IMG/VR virus record: IMGVR_UViG_3300042894_001948
Direction: 5' to 3' (one strand)
Length of the DNA: 64,000 bases
Origin: a virus
Lineage: Duplodnaviria > Heunggongvirae > Uroviricota > Caudoviricetes
Of this stretch, positions 1 to 8,179 are shown one piece after another. Made by a program: the position numbers and the translations under genes. The notes beneath the pieces were generated by a model. It saw only the letters and a list, made by a program, of their open reading frames with translations. It ran no database searches and had not been told where the DNA came from. How positions within the stretch are numbered: position 1 is the stretch's first letter; every line of letters starts with the position of its first letter.

Positions 1-357
1 TACATGGAAAGACGGTATCAAACTACGTTTTCAGTTAGTCCTAAGCTAAGTGTAAGTGGCGAGCCTAGAGAAAAAGCTATACGTCCTGAGATTGTAACAG
101 AATATCAATTTTCAGGTCATAGTTCATTCTTAAAATTTGTAGTAGCATCCGAAGACGATGTAACAGAAGCACTTGAAGTAATGCAGCTATATAAAGACAA
201 CGGATTTAGAGGTGATATTTACTTAATGCCAGTAGGCGGTGTAACTGATGTATACAACCTTAATAATCGACGAGTAGCAGAACTTGCACTACAACACGGA
301 TTGAGATACAGTGATAGACTTCACCTCCCTCTCTTCGGTAACAACTGGGGAACATAA
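1..357 (+). CDS. queE: QueE-like radical SAM 7-carboxy-7-deazaguanine synthase, C-terminal part (5' end outside window)
   Basis: Frame open from base 1; FSVSPKLSVSGE, LKFVV, IYLMPVGG and the terminal RLHLPLFGNNWGT match the QueE C-terminal pattern; the CxxxCxxC motif is not in the window. Confidence 0.7.
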   Translation, partial: YMERRYQTTFSVSPKLSVSGEPREKAIRPEIVTEYQFSGHSSFLKFVVASEDDVTEALEVMQLYKDNGFRGDIYLMPVGGVTDVYNLNNRRVAELALQHGLRYSDRLHLPLFGNNWGT

Positions 358-791
358 TGTTTGGAAATTTTATAAAAAAAGTGTTTGGTGGTGAAAATCC
401 AGAACTAAAACATCAGCAAGAGGTGCAAGCTGCAATTAAAGCTAAACAACAAGCTAAGGTTAAACCTAAAGCTAAAGCTAAAGCTAAAGAAAAGGTAATT
501 GAAAAAGCACCATTAACAGACAAAGAAAAAGCAAACTTAAGACACGAACCGTGGGTTGATGTAATTGGCTTTAGGGTTAATCCAGAAAACGTTAGAAATG
601 GTTTTTTTGAAATTGATTGGAATGATTACTGGATTGAAAAATTAAAACAAGAAGGATACGGCTTTGATGGTGATCCTGAAGATGAAATTGTAGGTCGTTG
701 GTATAGAGATATCTGTTACAATGCTGCAGCAGCAGAAGGTATCGATATTTCAGATCAAGATTTTGGAATACTTAAAGTTAACAAATCATAA
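357..791 (+). CDS. Hypothetical protein with Lys/Ala-rich linker
   Basis: 144 aa ORF; start overlaps the upstream stop (TAATG). Confidence 0.8.
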   Translation: MFGNFIKKVFGGENPELKHQQEVQAAIKAKQQAKVKPKAKAKAKEKVIEKAPLTDKEKANLRHEPWVDVIGFRVNPENVRNGFFEIDWNDYWIEKLKQEGYGFDGDPEDEIVGRWYRDICYNAAAAEGIDISDQDFGILKVNKS

Positions 792-801
792 TAGAGGGCA
801 T

Positions 802-1788
802 ATGGCATTTATTGAAGTAGACACAGCAAATCTTTTTTCTAGAGCGAGACATTCTGTAGGCGGAAGTGACGATATTAAACTTGGCATGGCTTTACATATC
901 ATGTTTAACGGAATTAAGAAAACATGGAACGATTTTGACGGGCATCATGTTGTGTTTTGCTTAGAAGGTCGTAGTTGGCGTAAAGACTTTTACGAACCTT
1001 ATAAGAAAAATCGTGCAGTGACTCGTGCTGCAATGACTGTTAAAGAGCAAGAAGAAGATAAAATATTTTGGGAGGCATTTAACGAGTTCTGTGAATTTGT
1101 ACGTGACAAAACTAACTGTACAGTATTACAACATCCACGGTTAGAAGCAGATGACTTAATTGCCGGCTTTATTCAACTGCACCCAGATGATAAACATATT
1201 ATCTTTAGTACCGATACTGACTTCCAGCAACTAATTAGTCCAACGGTTAGTCAGTATAACGGGGTTGCAGATCATCATATTACACACGAAGGGTACTTTG
1301 ATGCAAAAGGCAAACCTATTAAAGACAAGAAAACAGGTGAAAACAAGTTACCATTTGATCCCGAATGGATGTTATTTGAAAAATGTATCCGCGGTGATAC
1401 AAGTGATAACGTATTTTCAGCATATCCTGGTGCTAGAACAAAGGGCACTTCAAAAAGAGTAGGATTAACTGAAGCGTTTGAAGACAGACACTCTAAAGGG
1501 TATTCATGGAACAACTTTTTACTGCAAAGATGGACTGACCATAATGGTAAAGAACATCGAGTAATGGATGATTACGAACGTAACAGAACGCTAATTGATT
1601 TAACACAACAACCGGAGGATATTCGTAAGATTATTGAAGACACAATTACGGAAAACGCTAAACCTAAAGAGATTTCACAAGTAGGGGTGCGTATGATGAA
1701 GTTCTGTCAGTCATATGATATGAAACGCATTGTTGATAGCATACAACAATACAGTATTCCTTTCCAAGCAAACTATTCAAAACAATAA
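802..1788 (+). CDS. rnh: 5'-3' exonuclease / flap endonuclease, T4 RNase H family
   Basis: Motifs DTANL, SWRK..Y..YKKNR, EADD, STDTDFQQL, GDTSDN; start moved to ATG 802 (AGAGGG upstream). Confidence 0.85.
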   Translation: MAFIEVDTANLFSRARHSVGGSDDIKLGMALHIMFNGIKKTWNDFDGHHVVFCLEGRSWRKDFYEPYKKNRAVTRAAMTVKEQEEDKIFWEAFNEFCEFVRDKTNCTVLQHPRLEADDLIAGFIQLHPDDKHIIFSTDTDFQQLISPTVSQYNGVADHHITHEGYFDAKGKPIKDKKTGENKLPFDPEWMLFEKCIRGDTSDNVFSAYPGARTKGTSKRVGLTEAFEDRHSKGYSWNNFLLQRWTDHNGKEHRVMDDYERNRTLIDLTQQPEDIRKIIEDTITENAKPKEISQVGVRMMKFCQSYDMKRIVDSIQQYSIPFQANYSKQ

Positions 1789-1789
1789 C

Positions 1790-1987
1790 ATGAAAACAAT
1801 TACAATACGTAAAGACGAGTTAATTGAAATTTTAGCAGTTTTAGAAAAATTTCCCGAAGTAAATAAAATTGAAGTAGAATATCAATCCGGGAGTATTGGA
1901 GACATATTAAATATTTCATTCCCATATGTAGTAAATGGCATTGCTACTACACAAACTGTTGAGATATCTGGTGTAGATCAATGGTAG
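1790..1987 (+). CDS. Hypothetical protein (65 aa)
   Basis: ATG 1790 follows the exonuclease stop; tight operon packing. Confidence 0.7.
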   Translation: MKTITIRKDELIEILAVLEKFPEVNKIEVEYQSGSIGDILNISFPYVVNGIATTQTVEISGVDQW

Positions 1988-2466
1988 AAATTGAATTACG
2001 TGCAAAACCAATAGTAGATGGTAAATTTTGGATTGTTGAACAAGACGGTTTAAAAATTGCTACTCTTCGTAAAAAAGAAAACAACAAATATGTACTAAGT
2101 AGTAATAACAACGAGGTACTGTTTAATAAAAAAGAGGAACTTACTAAAGAATTTGGTCCTAATTTCTTCTTATCTAATAACAATATAAAAGTTTCAGCTA
2201 TTGAAACTAACGAATGCTATGGATATCCAACAAGTTGTAAACCGTATAACGCTATTTACGACGTTAGACGCAAATTACCACTATTTACCAAAAGTGATCA
2301 AAGTAAAAGTTTATATTGCGCTGGATATTACATTATTAAATTTGAAAAAGGGTGGGTTAAAAGCTTCTGTCCTAAGGTAATTACTATAGAACGAAACGAT
2401 CACAAAGGACCGTTTAAAACGGAAATTGAAATGAAAATGGTACTAGCAAATGCGAAATCAGATTAA
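1981..2466 (+). CDS. Hypothetical protein
   Basis: 161 aa ORF in operon. Confidence 0.8.
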   Translation: MVEIELRAKPIVDGKFWIVEQDGLKIATLRKKENNKYVLSSNNNEVLFNKKEELTKEFGPNFFLSNNNIKVSAIETNECYGYPTSCKPYNAIYDVRRKLPLFTKSDQSKSLYCAGYYIIKFEKGWVKSFCPKVITIERNDHKGPFKTEIEMKMVLANAKSD

Positions 2467-2698
2467 CACTACACCAATATCACAATTTGCTCAGTTGTTA
2501 CGTGCAACTGAGCTTTCTCAGCAAAAAGAAGTAAAAATTCCCGTGCAACAGGCTAGATTACTTAATTTAGCACTAACAGAACTGTTAGATCAAGTCAATC
2601 GTGACTACGGCGAGTTATTAGCATCTTTAAAACAAAACAACGACACTGAAGTTGTCTCAGTACAACTTGACGGTGGCGGATTTGGTGAAGAAATATAG
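2450..2698 (+). CDS. Hypothetical protein (helical)
   Basis: 82 aa ORF overlapping the upstream gene. Confidence 0.7.
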   Translation: MRNQINTTPISQFAQLLRATELSQQKEVKIPVQQARLLNLALTELLDQVNRDYGELLASLKQNNDTEVVSVQLDGGGFGEEI

Positions 2699-2729
2699 GC
2701 TAAATATACGTAGTTAATAGGAGGACCTC

Positions 2730-3005
2730 ATGTCGAGACCTAAACCGCGTGTACTTTTAGAATACACTAATCCATCTACAAATCAAACAGAACAAATTTT
2801 AGAAGCTGATGCCATATGGGCTGTATACTATCGCAATGAACCAATTAATTTAAAAAGTGTTTCTAGTAATTTAAGTTATAAGTATAAAAAGACCAGCTTC
2901 TCAAATGAAGGCCATGCACATAACTTAGCTAAAAAGCTAAACATTATGTTTAAATGCAGCAACTTTGCAGTTTTAAAGCTACTTAACGGGGTTATAGTAC
3001 GATGA
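2730..3005 (+). CDS. Hypothetical protein
   Basis: 91 aa ORF with a strong AGGAGG RBS. Confidence 0.85.
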   Translation: MSRPKPRVLLEYTNPSTNQTEQILEADAIWAVYYRNEPINLKSVSSNLSYKYKKTSFSNEGHAHNLAKKLNIMFKCSNFAVLKLLNGVIVR

Positions 3006-3391
3006 TTACGCAAACTGCATTAACAAAAATATTTTTAGAACAGTGGGGTAAATGCTCTGATGACACTAACGTAAAATTGTTTTCACGTAAATGGTGGAAA
3101 TCAGTGCGACTAAACAAGCCTACTGCATTACGGTTAAGTGATGATGGATTTGATTTCTTAACTAAAACATTAGAACTCAAATCATACGAAATTCCATTTA
3201 CAGATACTATAGAACTCAGTCCGCAAACAATTATTTTTTTAGAACGGTATATGGATTGCCCATATTACTTAACATATAAAAGTATAATAGTATTTAACGA
3301 ACGTAAATGTGTTGAACTTTACTTTTTCTCAGATGACATACGCAGATACGGGTTATCTAAAGCAATGAAAGAACGGCAAAACAACTTATAA
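3002..3391 (+). CDS. Hypothetical protein
   Basis: 129 aa ORF, ATGA overlap. Confidence 0.8.
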   Translation: MITQTALTKIFLEQWGKCSDDTNVKLFSRKWWKSVRLNKPTALRLSDDGFDFLTKTLELKSYEIPFTDTIELSPQTIIFLERYMDCPYYLTYKSIIVFNERKCVELYFFSDDIRRYGLSKAMKERQNNL

Positions 3392-3398
3392 AAAATAT

Positions 3399-3426
3399 TT
3401 GACATCTATTAAAAATACTGTATAAT
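3399..3426 (+). promoter_or_regulatory. Sigma70-type promoter for the MoxR gene
   Basis: TTGACA-16 nt-TATAAT in the intergenic gap. Confidence 0.75.
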
Positions 3427-3520
3427 ATGCAGCATAGTTAGTTAGCAACGCAGCAGCAACACAACATGCTTACTTATTATACTTAACTTTCTTTTTAACT
3501 CACTATGAGGAATTTACACT

Positions 3521-4612
3521 ATGAGCAACGAAATCACTTCACGTACAGTCGGTCCTAAACAAGCTAAAAAAGCATTACGTAAAGCATTTAGCAGCAAACG
3601 TCCAATCTTTATTTGGGGTCCTCCAGGCATTGGTAAATCAGATATTATTAAGCAATTAGGTGGTGAGTTAAGCGCACATGTAATTGACGTTCGTTTAAGT
3701 TTATGGGAGCCAACAGACATTAAAGGTATTCCATACTTTGATTCAGTAGATCAAACAATGGTATGGGCTCCACCGTCAGAACTTCCTAGTCAAGCATTTG
3801 CCGCTAAACACAAAAGCATCATTTTGTTTTTAGACGAAATGAATTCTGCTGCACCTAGTGTTCAAGCTGCTGCTTATCAGCTTATTTTGAACCGTCGTGT
3901 AGGACAATACGAGTTGCCAGAAAATGTTGTTATTGTTGCTGCTGGTAACAGAGAAACAGACAAAGGTGTTACTTATCGCATGCCAGCTCCACTTGCTAAC
4001 AGATTTGTGCATTTAGAAATGGCTGTTGAATGGGATGACTACTTTGACTGGGCTACAGAAAACAACATTCATCCAGATGTAGTTGGCTTTTTAACAGCAA
4101 GTAAACAAGACTTGTACACATTTGACACAAAGTCAAGTTCACGTGCATTTGCTACTCCCCGTTCATGGAGCTTTGTAAGTGAGTTGATTGCGGATAACGA
4201 TGTTGATGCTGATACGTTAGCTGATTTAGTTGCAGGGTCAATTGGCGAGGGACTTGGTATTAAATTTATGGCGCACAGACAATTTGCAAGTAAATTACCT
4301 GATCCACGCGCTGTACTTGACGGTAAAGTTACAAAATGTGAAACTAAAGAGATTTCAGCTATGTACTCTTTAACAATTAGCTTGTGCTACGAGTTAAAAG
4401 AGCTTGCAAGCAAAAAACAACCTAATTGGAACGATCAAGTTAACAATTACTTCTTGTTTATGATGAACAATTTTGAAACAGAGATTGCAATTATGGGCAC
4501 TAAACTTGCATTATGCCAATACAAGTTACCATTAGAGCCAGATGAAATTGCATGCTTTGATGACTTCCATAGCAAATATGGCAAATACATTACGGCTGCT
4601 AGCGGTCAGTAA
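3521..4612 (+). CDS. MoxR-like AAA+ ATPase
   Basis: Walker A GPPGIGKS, Walker B ILFLDE, AAGNR, ANRFVH arginine finger. Confidence 0.9.
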   Translation: MSNEITSRTVGPKQAKKALRKAFSSKRPIFIWGPPGIGKSDIIKQLGGELSAHVIDVRLSLWEPTDIKGIPYFDSVDQTMVWAPPSELPSQAFAAKHKSIILFLDEMNSAAPSVQAAAYQLILNRRVGQYELPENVVIVAAGNRETDKGVTYRMPAPLANRFVHLEMAVEWDDYFDWATENNIHPDVVGFLTASKQDLYTFDTKSSSRAFATPRSWSFVSELIADNDVDADTLADLVAGSIGEGLGIKFMAHRQFASKLPDPRAVLDGKVTKCETKEISAMYSLTISLCYELKELASKKQPNWNDQVNNYFLFMMNNFETEIAIMGTKLALCQYKLPLEPDEIACFDDFHSKYGKYITAASGQ

Positions 4613-4623
4613 TATCAAAGTAG

Positions 4624-4652
4624 TTGACACCGCCAAAAGGCGGTGTTATACT
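4624..4652 (+). promoter_or_regulatory. Sigma70-type promoter whose spacer lies in an inverted repeat (hairpin 4625-4648)
   Basis: TTGACA-17 nt-TATACT; ACACCGCC-AAAA-GGCGGTGT. Confidence 0.65.
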
Positions 4653-4684
4653 TTACACTTACTAACAATTTTAAGGAGTACTTC

Positions 4685-5866
4685 ATGGCATTAGATACAA
4701 TCGTAGACAAAATTATTGTAGCTCGCGTAGGGTTATTACTACGTCATCCATTCTTTGGTAATATGGCTACACGTTTAAAAATTATTGACGGTACAGATTG
4801 GTGTCCAACTGCTGCTACTGACGGTCGTTCTATCTTTTATAACCGCGATTTTTTTGAACCGTTAACTGTAAAACAAATTGAGTTTGTTATAGGTCATGAG
4901 ATTCTCCATAACGTATTTGATCATATGTCACGTAGAGACGGCCGCAATCCTAAAATCTTTAACATTGCTTGTGACTATAATGTTAATGGTCAAATGGTTC
5001 GTGATAAAATTGGTGAGCCACCTCCGCAAATTAAAATCTTTCATAATCCAGATTATTACGGTATGGGTTCTGAAGAGATTTATGACAAGCTAATGGACGA
5101 GTTTGATGAAGACTCACTTAGCAAATTAGGTCAAATGTTAGACGAACATATTGATTGGGAAAGTGATCCTAACGGTACTGGTCGTCCACAATACTCACGT
5201 GAAGAACTTAAAAAGATTCGCGATGAGATCCGTGAAGCTACAATGGCTGCTGCTCAAGCTGCCGGTGCTGGCAATACACCTGCTAGTGTTTCACGTATGA
5301 TTAAAGAGCTTACTGAACCTAAAATGAACTGGCGTGAAATTTTACGTCAACAAATACAAAGTACTATTCGCAATGACTTTTCGTTTATGCGTCCTAACAG
5401 AAAAGGTTGGCACATGAATGCTATTTTGCCAGGCACTAACTACGACGAAACAATTGATATTTGTGTTGCAATTGATATGTCAGGTTCAATTGGCGATGAT
5501 CAAGCTAGAGATTTCTTAAGTGAGATTAAAGGCATTATGCAAGAGTATCAAGAGTTTAATATTAAGCTATGGTGCTTTGATACACAAGTTTACAACGAAG
5601 CTGATTACAATGCTTACACTATTACAGAGTTTGATGAGTATCAGCCAAAAGGTGGCGGTGGTACTGAGTTTGATGCTAACTGGGATTACATGAAAGAACA
5701 TGATATTCAACCTAAAAAGTTCCTTTGTTTTACTGATGGGTATCCTTTTGGAAGTTGGGGCGATGAAGGATACTGCGACACAGTGTTTATTATCCACGGT
5801 AATGACAAAATTGTTCCTCCATGGGGCGAGGTTGCTTACTACGAATTTGCTAAGGAGCCAGCATAA
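4685..5866 (+). CDS. DUF2201-type protein: HExxH metallopeptidase-like N-domain plus VWA-like C-domain
   Basis: HEILH; TAATDG; MIDAS-like DMSGS, GGGGTEF and TDGY; follows the MoxR ATPase; start ATG 4685 with AAGGAG. Confidence 0.85.
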   Translation: MALDTIVDKIIVARVGLLLRHPFFGNMATRLKIIDGTDWCPTAATDGRSIFYNRDFFEPLTVKQIEFVIGHEILHNVFDHMSRRDGRNPKIFNIACDYNVNGQMVRDKIGEPPPQIKIFHNPDYYGMGSEEIYDKLMDEFDEDSLSKLGQMLDEHIDWESDPNGTGRPQYSREELKKIRDEIREATMAAAQAAGAGNTPASVSRMIKELTEPKMNWREILRQQIQSTIRNDFSFMRPNRKGWHMNAILPGTNYDETIDICVAIDMSGSIGDDQARDFLSEIKGIMQEYQEFNIKLWCFDTQVYNEADYNAYTITEFDEYQPKGGGGTEFDANWDYMKEHDIQPKKFLCFTDGYPFGSWGDEGYCDTVFIIHGNDKIVPPWGEVAYYEFAKEPA

Positions 5867-6153
5867 TGGCTCTAAAAAATGGAAAACCAAATCCATTAAA
5901 TTACTTTAACATGCGTAGGGTAGGCTTTGCCTGCCCGCATTTTAAATACTTTACTATCAATAGATTTAATCCAACATTAATCAGATCTATAGATGGTTGG
6001 ATTTCAAAAAATTTAAATAATCGATATTACATAGACAAAGGGATTTCATTAGACTCATCTAATTCCATTGTTTATAACATTACTATTGGGTTTGAATCTG
6101 AAAAAGAACTTAGCTTTTTCACAATTGCATGCCCTGAACTCAACTCAAGATAA
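5866..6153 (+). CDS. Hypothetical protein
   Basis: 95 aa ORF, TAATG overlap. Confidence 0.8.
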   Translation: MALKNGKPNPLNYFNMRRVGFACPHFKYFTINRFNPTLIRSIDGWISKNLNNRYYIDKGISLDSSNSIVYNITIGFESEKELSFFTIACPELNSR

Positions 6154-6179
6154 TTACATTTATTACAGAAGGAAACATT

Positions 6180-6407
6180 ATGACAGAAAACGTAGAACAA
6201 CAAGCAGCTGAAACTGCAAATGCTGAACAAGGTTCAGATTTAACAATTAATGATTTAAACGCATTAAAAACTATTATTGACATTGCTAGCTCACGCGGTG
6301 CATTTAAACCTACAGAAATGGTAGCAGTTGGTCAAACATATACTAAGTTATCAACGTTCTTAGAAATTGTTGCTAAACAAGCCGAAGCGACTGCCGGAGC
6401 TCAATAA
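6180..6407 (+). CDS. Small hypothetical phage protein
   Basis: 75 aa, AAGGA RBS; LTINDL..IIDIASSRGAF core. Confidence 0.8.
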   Translation: MTENVEQQAAETANAEQGSDLTINDLNALKTIIDIASSRGAFKPTEMVAVGQTYTKLSTFLEIVAKQAEATAGAQ

Positions 6408-7075
6408 TGGCTGAACTTAAACACGTTGGCAGAGTAATTGGCTCTGGCAAAAAATGTATTGTTGCATATCGTTCATTACCAGGAGATGCATACAATTGTT
6501 TAATAGTGCCTACTGAAAATTTACCTGATAGCTATCACGATGCAATTATTAGTTTAGTAGAAAGTAATGCAGGACAAGCTTCATATGAATTTGCAGAAGC
6601 ATTAGCGCGTACTAATTTTCCAGATGGGTATGTTATGTTAACTGCATTGCATGCTCAAGGCAAACTAGTAAAACTTTCAACAGATCAAGTTGAAATGTTA
6701 CCTACACATACAGTTTCAATAAAATTGTCCGAATTGAATCAAATCATTGCAGAACAACGAGGAACTACAGTTGATGAGTTATCACTTAAATCACCAACTA
6801 AAATTGAACCTGTTATTGAAAAAGTAAAAGAAACAGAACCAGCTGATGCTAAATCAGCATTGGTAGAATTATTATCTCCTGAACAAAAAGCTAAACACTA
6901 TCGTTCAGAAGCAGATCGTTTATCAAAAGAAGCTGCATCATTACGTAGACAGGCCGAAGAACTAGTTCCCACAGTTAAAAAAGCTAAAACTGAAACCGTA
7001 GTTGAAGAAGTAGTAACTACGAAAAAAGTAGCTAACAAGGCAACAGTTGACAGTCAAAAAGAAACTACTTCCTAA
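6407..7075 (+). CDS. Hypothetical protein with coiled-coil/charged C-terminus
   Basis: 222 aa ORF, TAATG overlap. Confidence 0.85.
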   Translation: MAELKHVGRVIGSGKKCIVAYRSLPGDAYNCLIVPTENLPDSYHDAIISLVESNAGQASYEFAEALARTNFPDGYVMLTALHAQGKLVKLSTDQVEMLPTHTVSIKLSELNQIIAEQRGTTVDELSLKSPTKIEPVIEKVKETEPADAKSALVELLSPEQKAKHYRSEADRLSKEAASLRRQAEELVPTVKKAKTETVVEEVVTTKKVANKATVDSQKETTS

Positions 7076-7367
7076 GGAAGTTATTGCAGTTTGGCCTGAA
7101 ATATTAGAAGAGGTGTCAATTAATACGATACCTCTTCCGTATTTACATTCTGTAATTGTTAACTTTAAAGATAGTAAATCATGGGAAATAAAACTAACTG
7201 CAAAGTTAAAAAACGAAGGTTGGGACAGCTTTCAACTTAGTTTAGCTGACCTACTTAGTTCATATGAAGATCGAATAGACGATGTTGATTTTAAAATTGA
7301 TGCAGTTAAAATTAAAAAAGACATTGAAAAATCAACCAATAAATTTTTTAAAAAAAATAAATTATGA
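7047..7367 (+). CDS. Hypothetical protein (TTG start uncertain)
   Basis: 106 aa ORF filling the gap before thyX; AAGG upstream. Confidence 0.7.
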   Translation: MTVKKKLLPKEVIAVWPEILEEVSINTIPLPYLHSVIVNFKDSKSWEIKLTAKLKNEGWDSFQLSLADLLSSYEDRIDDVDFKIDAVKIKKDIEKSTNKFFKKNKL

Positions 7368-8131
7368 ATATCAAATTAGTATCATATTCTCAACCAACTG
7401 AAGAATTTGCTGAATTAGGAATTACCGATGCACAAGAACTTATAGCATTTTGCGCTAGAGTAAGTAATCCTTCAAATCAGTTTAACACAGACACTTCAGA
7501 AAAACTAATCAACTACTTAATTAAGCATGCGCATTGGAGTCCACTTGAAATGGTCAATGTGTGTTTAGAAGTAAATACTACCCGCGATATTGCACGTCAA
7601 TTACTACGTCACGCCTCATTTAGATTCCAAGAGTTTAGTCAACGCTATGCAGATCCAACTCAGGATTTGTCTTTTGAAATACGTGATGCTAGATTTCAAG
7701 ATCCTAAGAATCGTCAAAATTCAATTACAATTAATACTGCAGAAGAAGAGGCGATTAATGACGAATGGCATCTAAGACAAGAAGCGCATATTAATTCAGC
7801 AAAAGCACACTATGAATGGGCAATTAGCAAAGGCATTGCTAAAGAGCAAGCTCGTGTAGTACTTCCAGAAGGCAATACTAAAAGTCGTGTGTATGTTAAC
7901 GGGACGTTGCGCTCATGGATTCACTACATACAAGTGCGCAGTAACGTGGATACACAGCTTGAACACAAACAAGTTGCTGTAGCATGTGCGCAAGCAATTA
8001 GCGCAGTATTTCCAATGGTAAATGACTTTGTTTATAAGGAAGAACCAGTTTTAGAACCTGTTAAAGAAGAAATTGTTGAACCTAAAAAACTTAAATGGCA
8101 TCAACACTTTTTTAATTTTTACAAACACTAA
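7364..8131 (+). CDS. thyX: Flavin-dependent thymidylate synthase ThyX
   Basis: RHASFRFQEFSQRY (RHxxxxxxxxSxR signature), HWSPLE, EQARVVLP, NGTLRSWIHY. Confidence 0.95.
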   Translation: MNIKLVSYSQPTEEFAELGITDAQELIAFCARVSNPSNQFNTDTSEKLINYLIKHAHWSPLEMVNVCLEVNTTRDIARQLLRHASFRFQEFSQRYADPTQDLSFEIRDARFQDPKNRQNSITINTAEEEAINDEWHLRQEAHINSAKAHYEWAISKGIAKEQARVVLPEGNTKSRVYVNGTLRSWIHYIQVRSNVDTQLEHKQVAVACAQAISAVFPMVNDFVYKEEPVLEPVKEEIVEPKKLKWHQHFFNFYKH

Positions 8132-8137
8132 TCACAA

Positions 8138-8167
8138 AAAAAAGCCAGCTTATAAGCTGGCTTTTTT
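8138..8167. terminator. Bidirectional intrinsic terminator between convergent modules
   Basis: Perfect 30 bp palindrome AAAAAAGCCAGCTTATAAGCTGGCTTTTTT. Confidence 0.9.
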
Positions 8168-8179
8168 ATTTACTACGTT

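Noticed and set aside
3415-3432. TACTGTATAAT looked like a LexA SOS box (also at 52729)
   Set aside because: CTG-N9-CAG spacing here and no second half-site at 52729; explained as a shared promoter -10 context
4625-4650. Resemblance of GGCGGTGTTA to lambda operator half-sites
   Set aside because: Short match, different spacing, no repressor gene in the window
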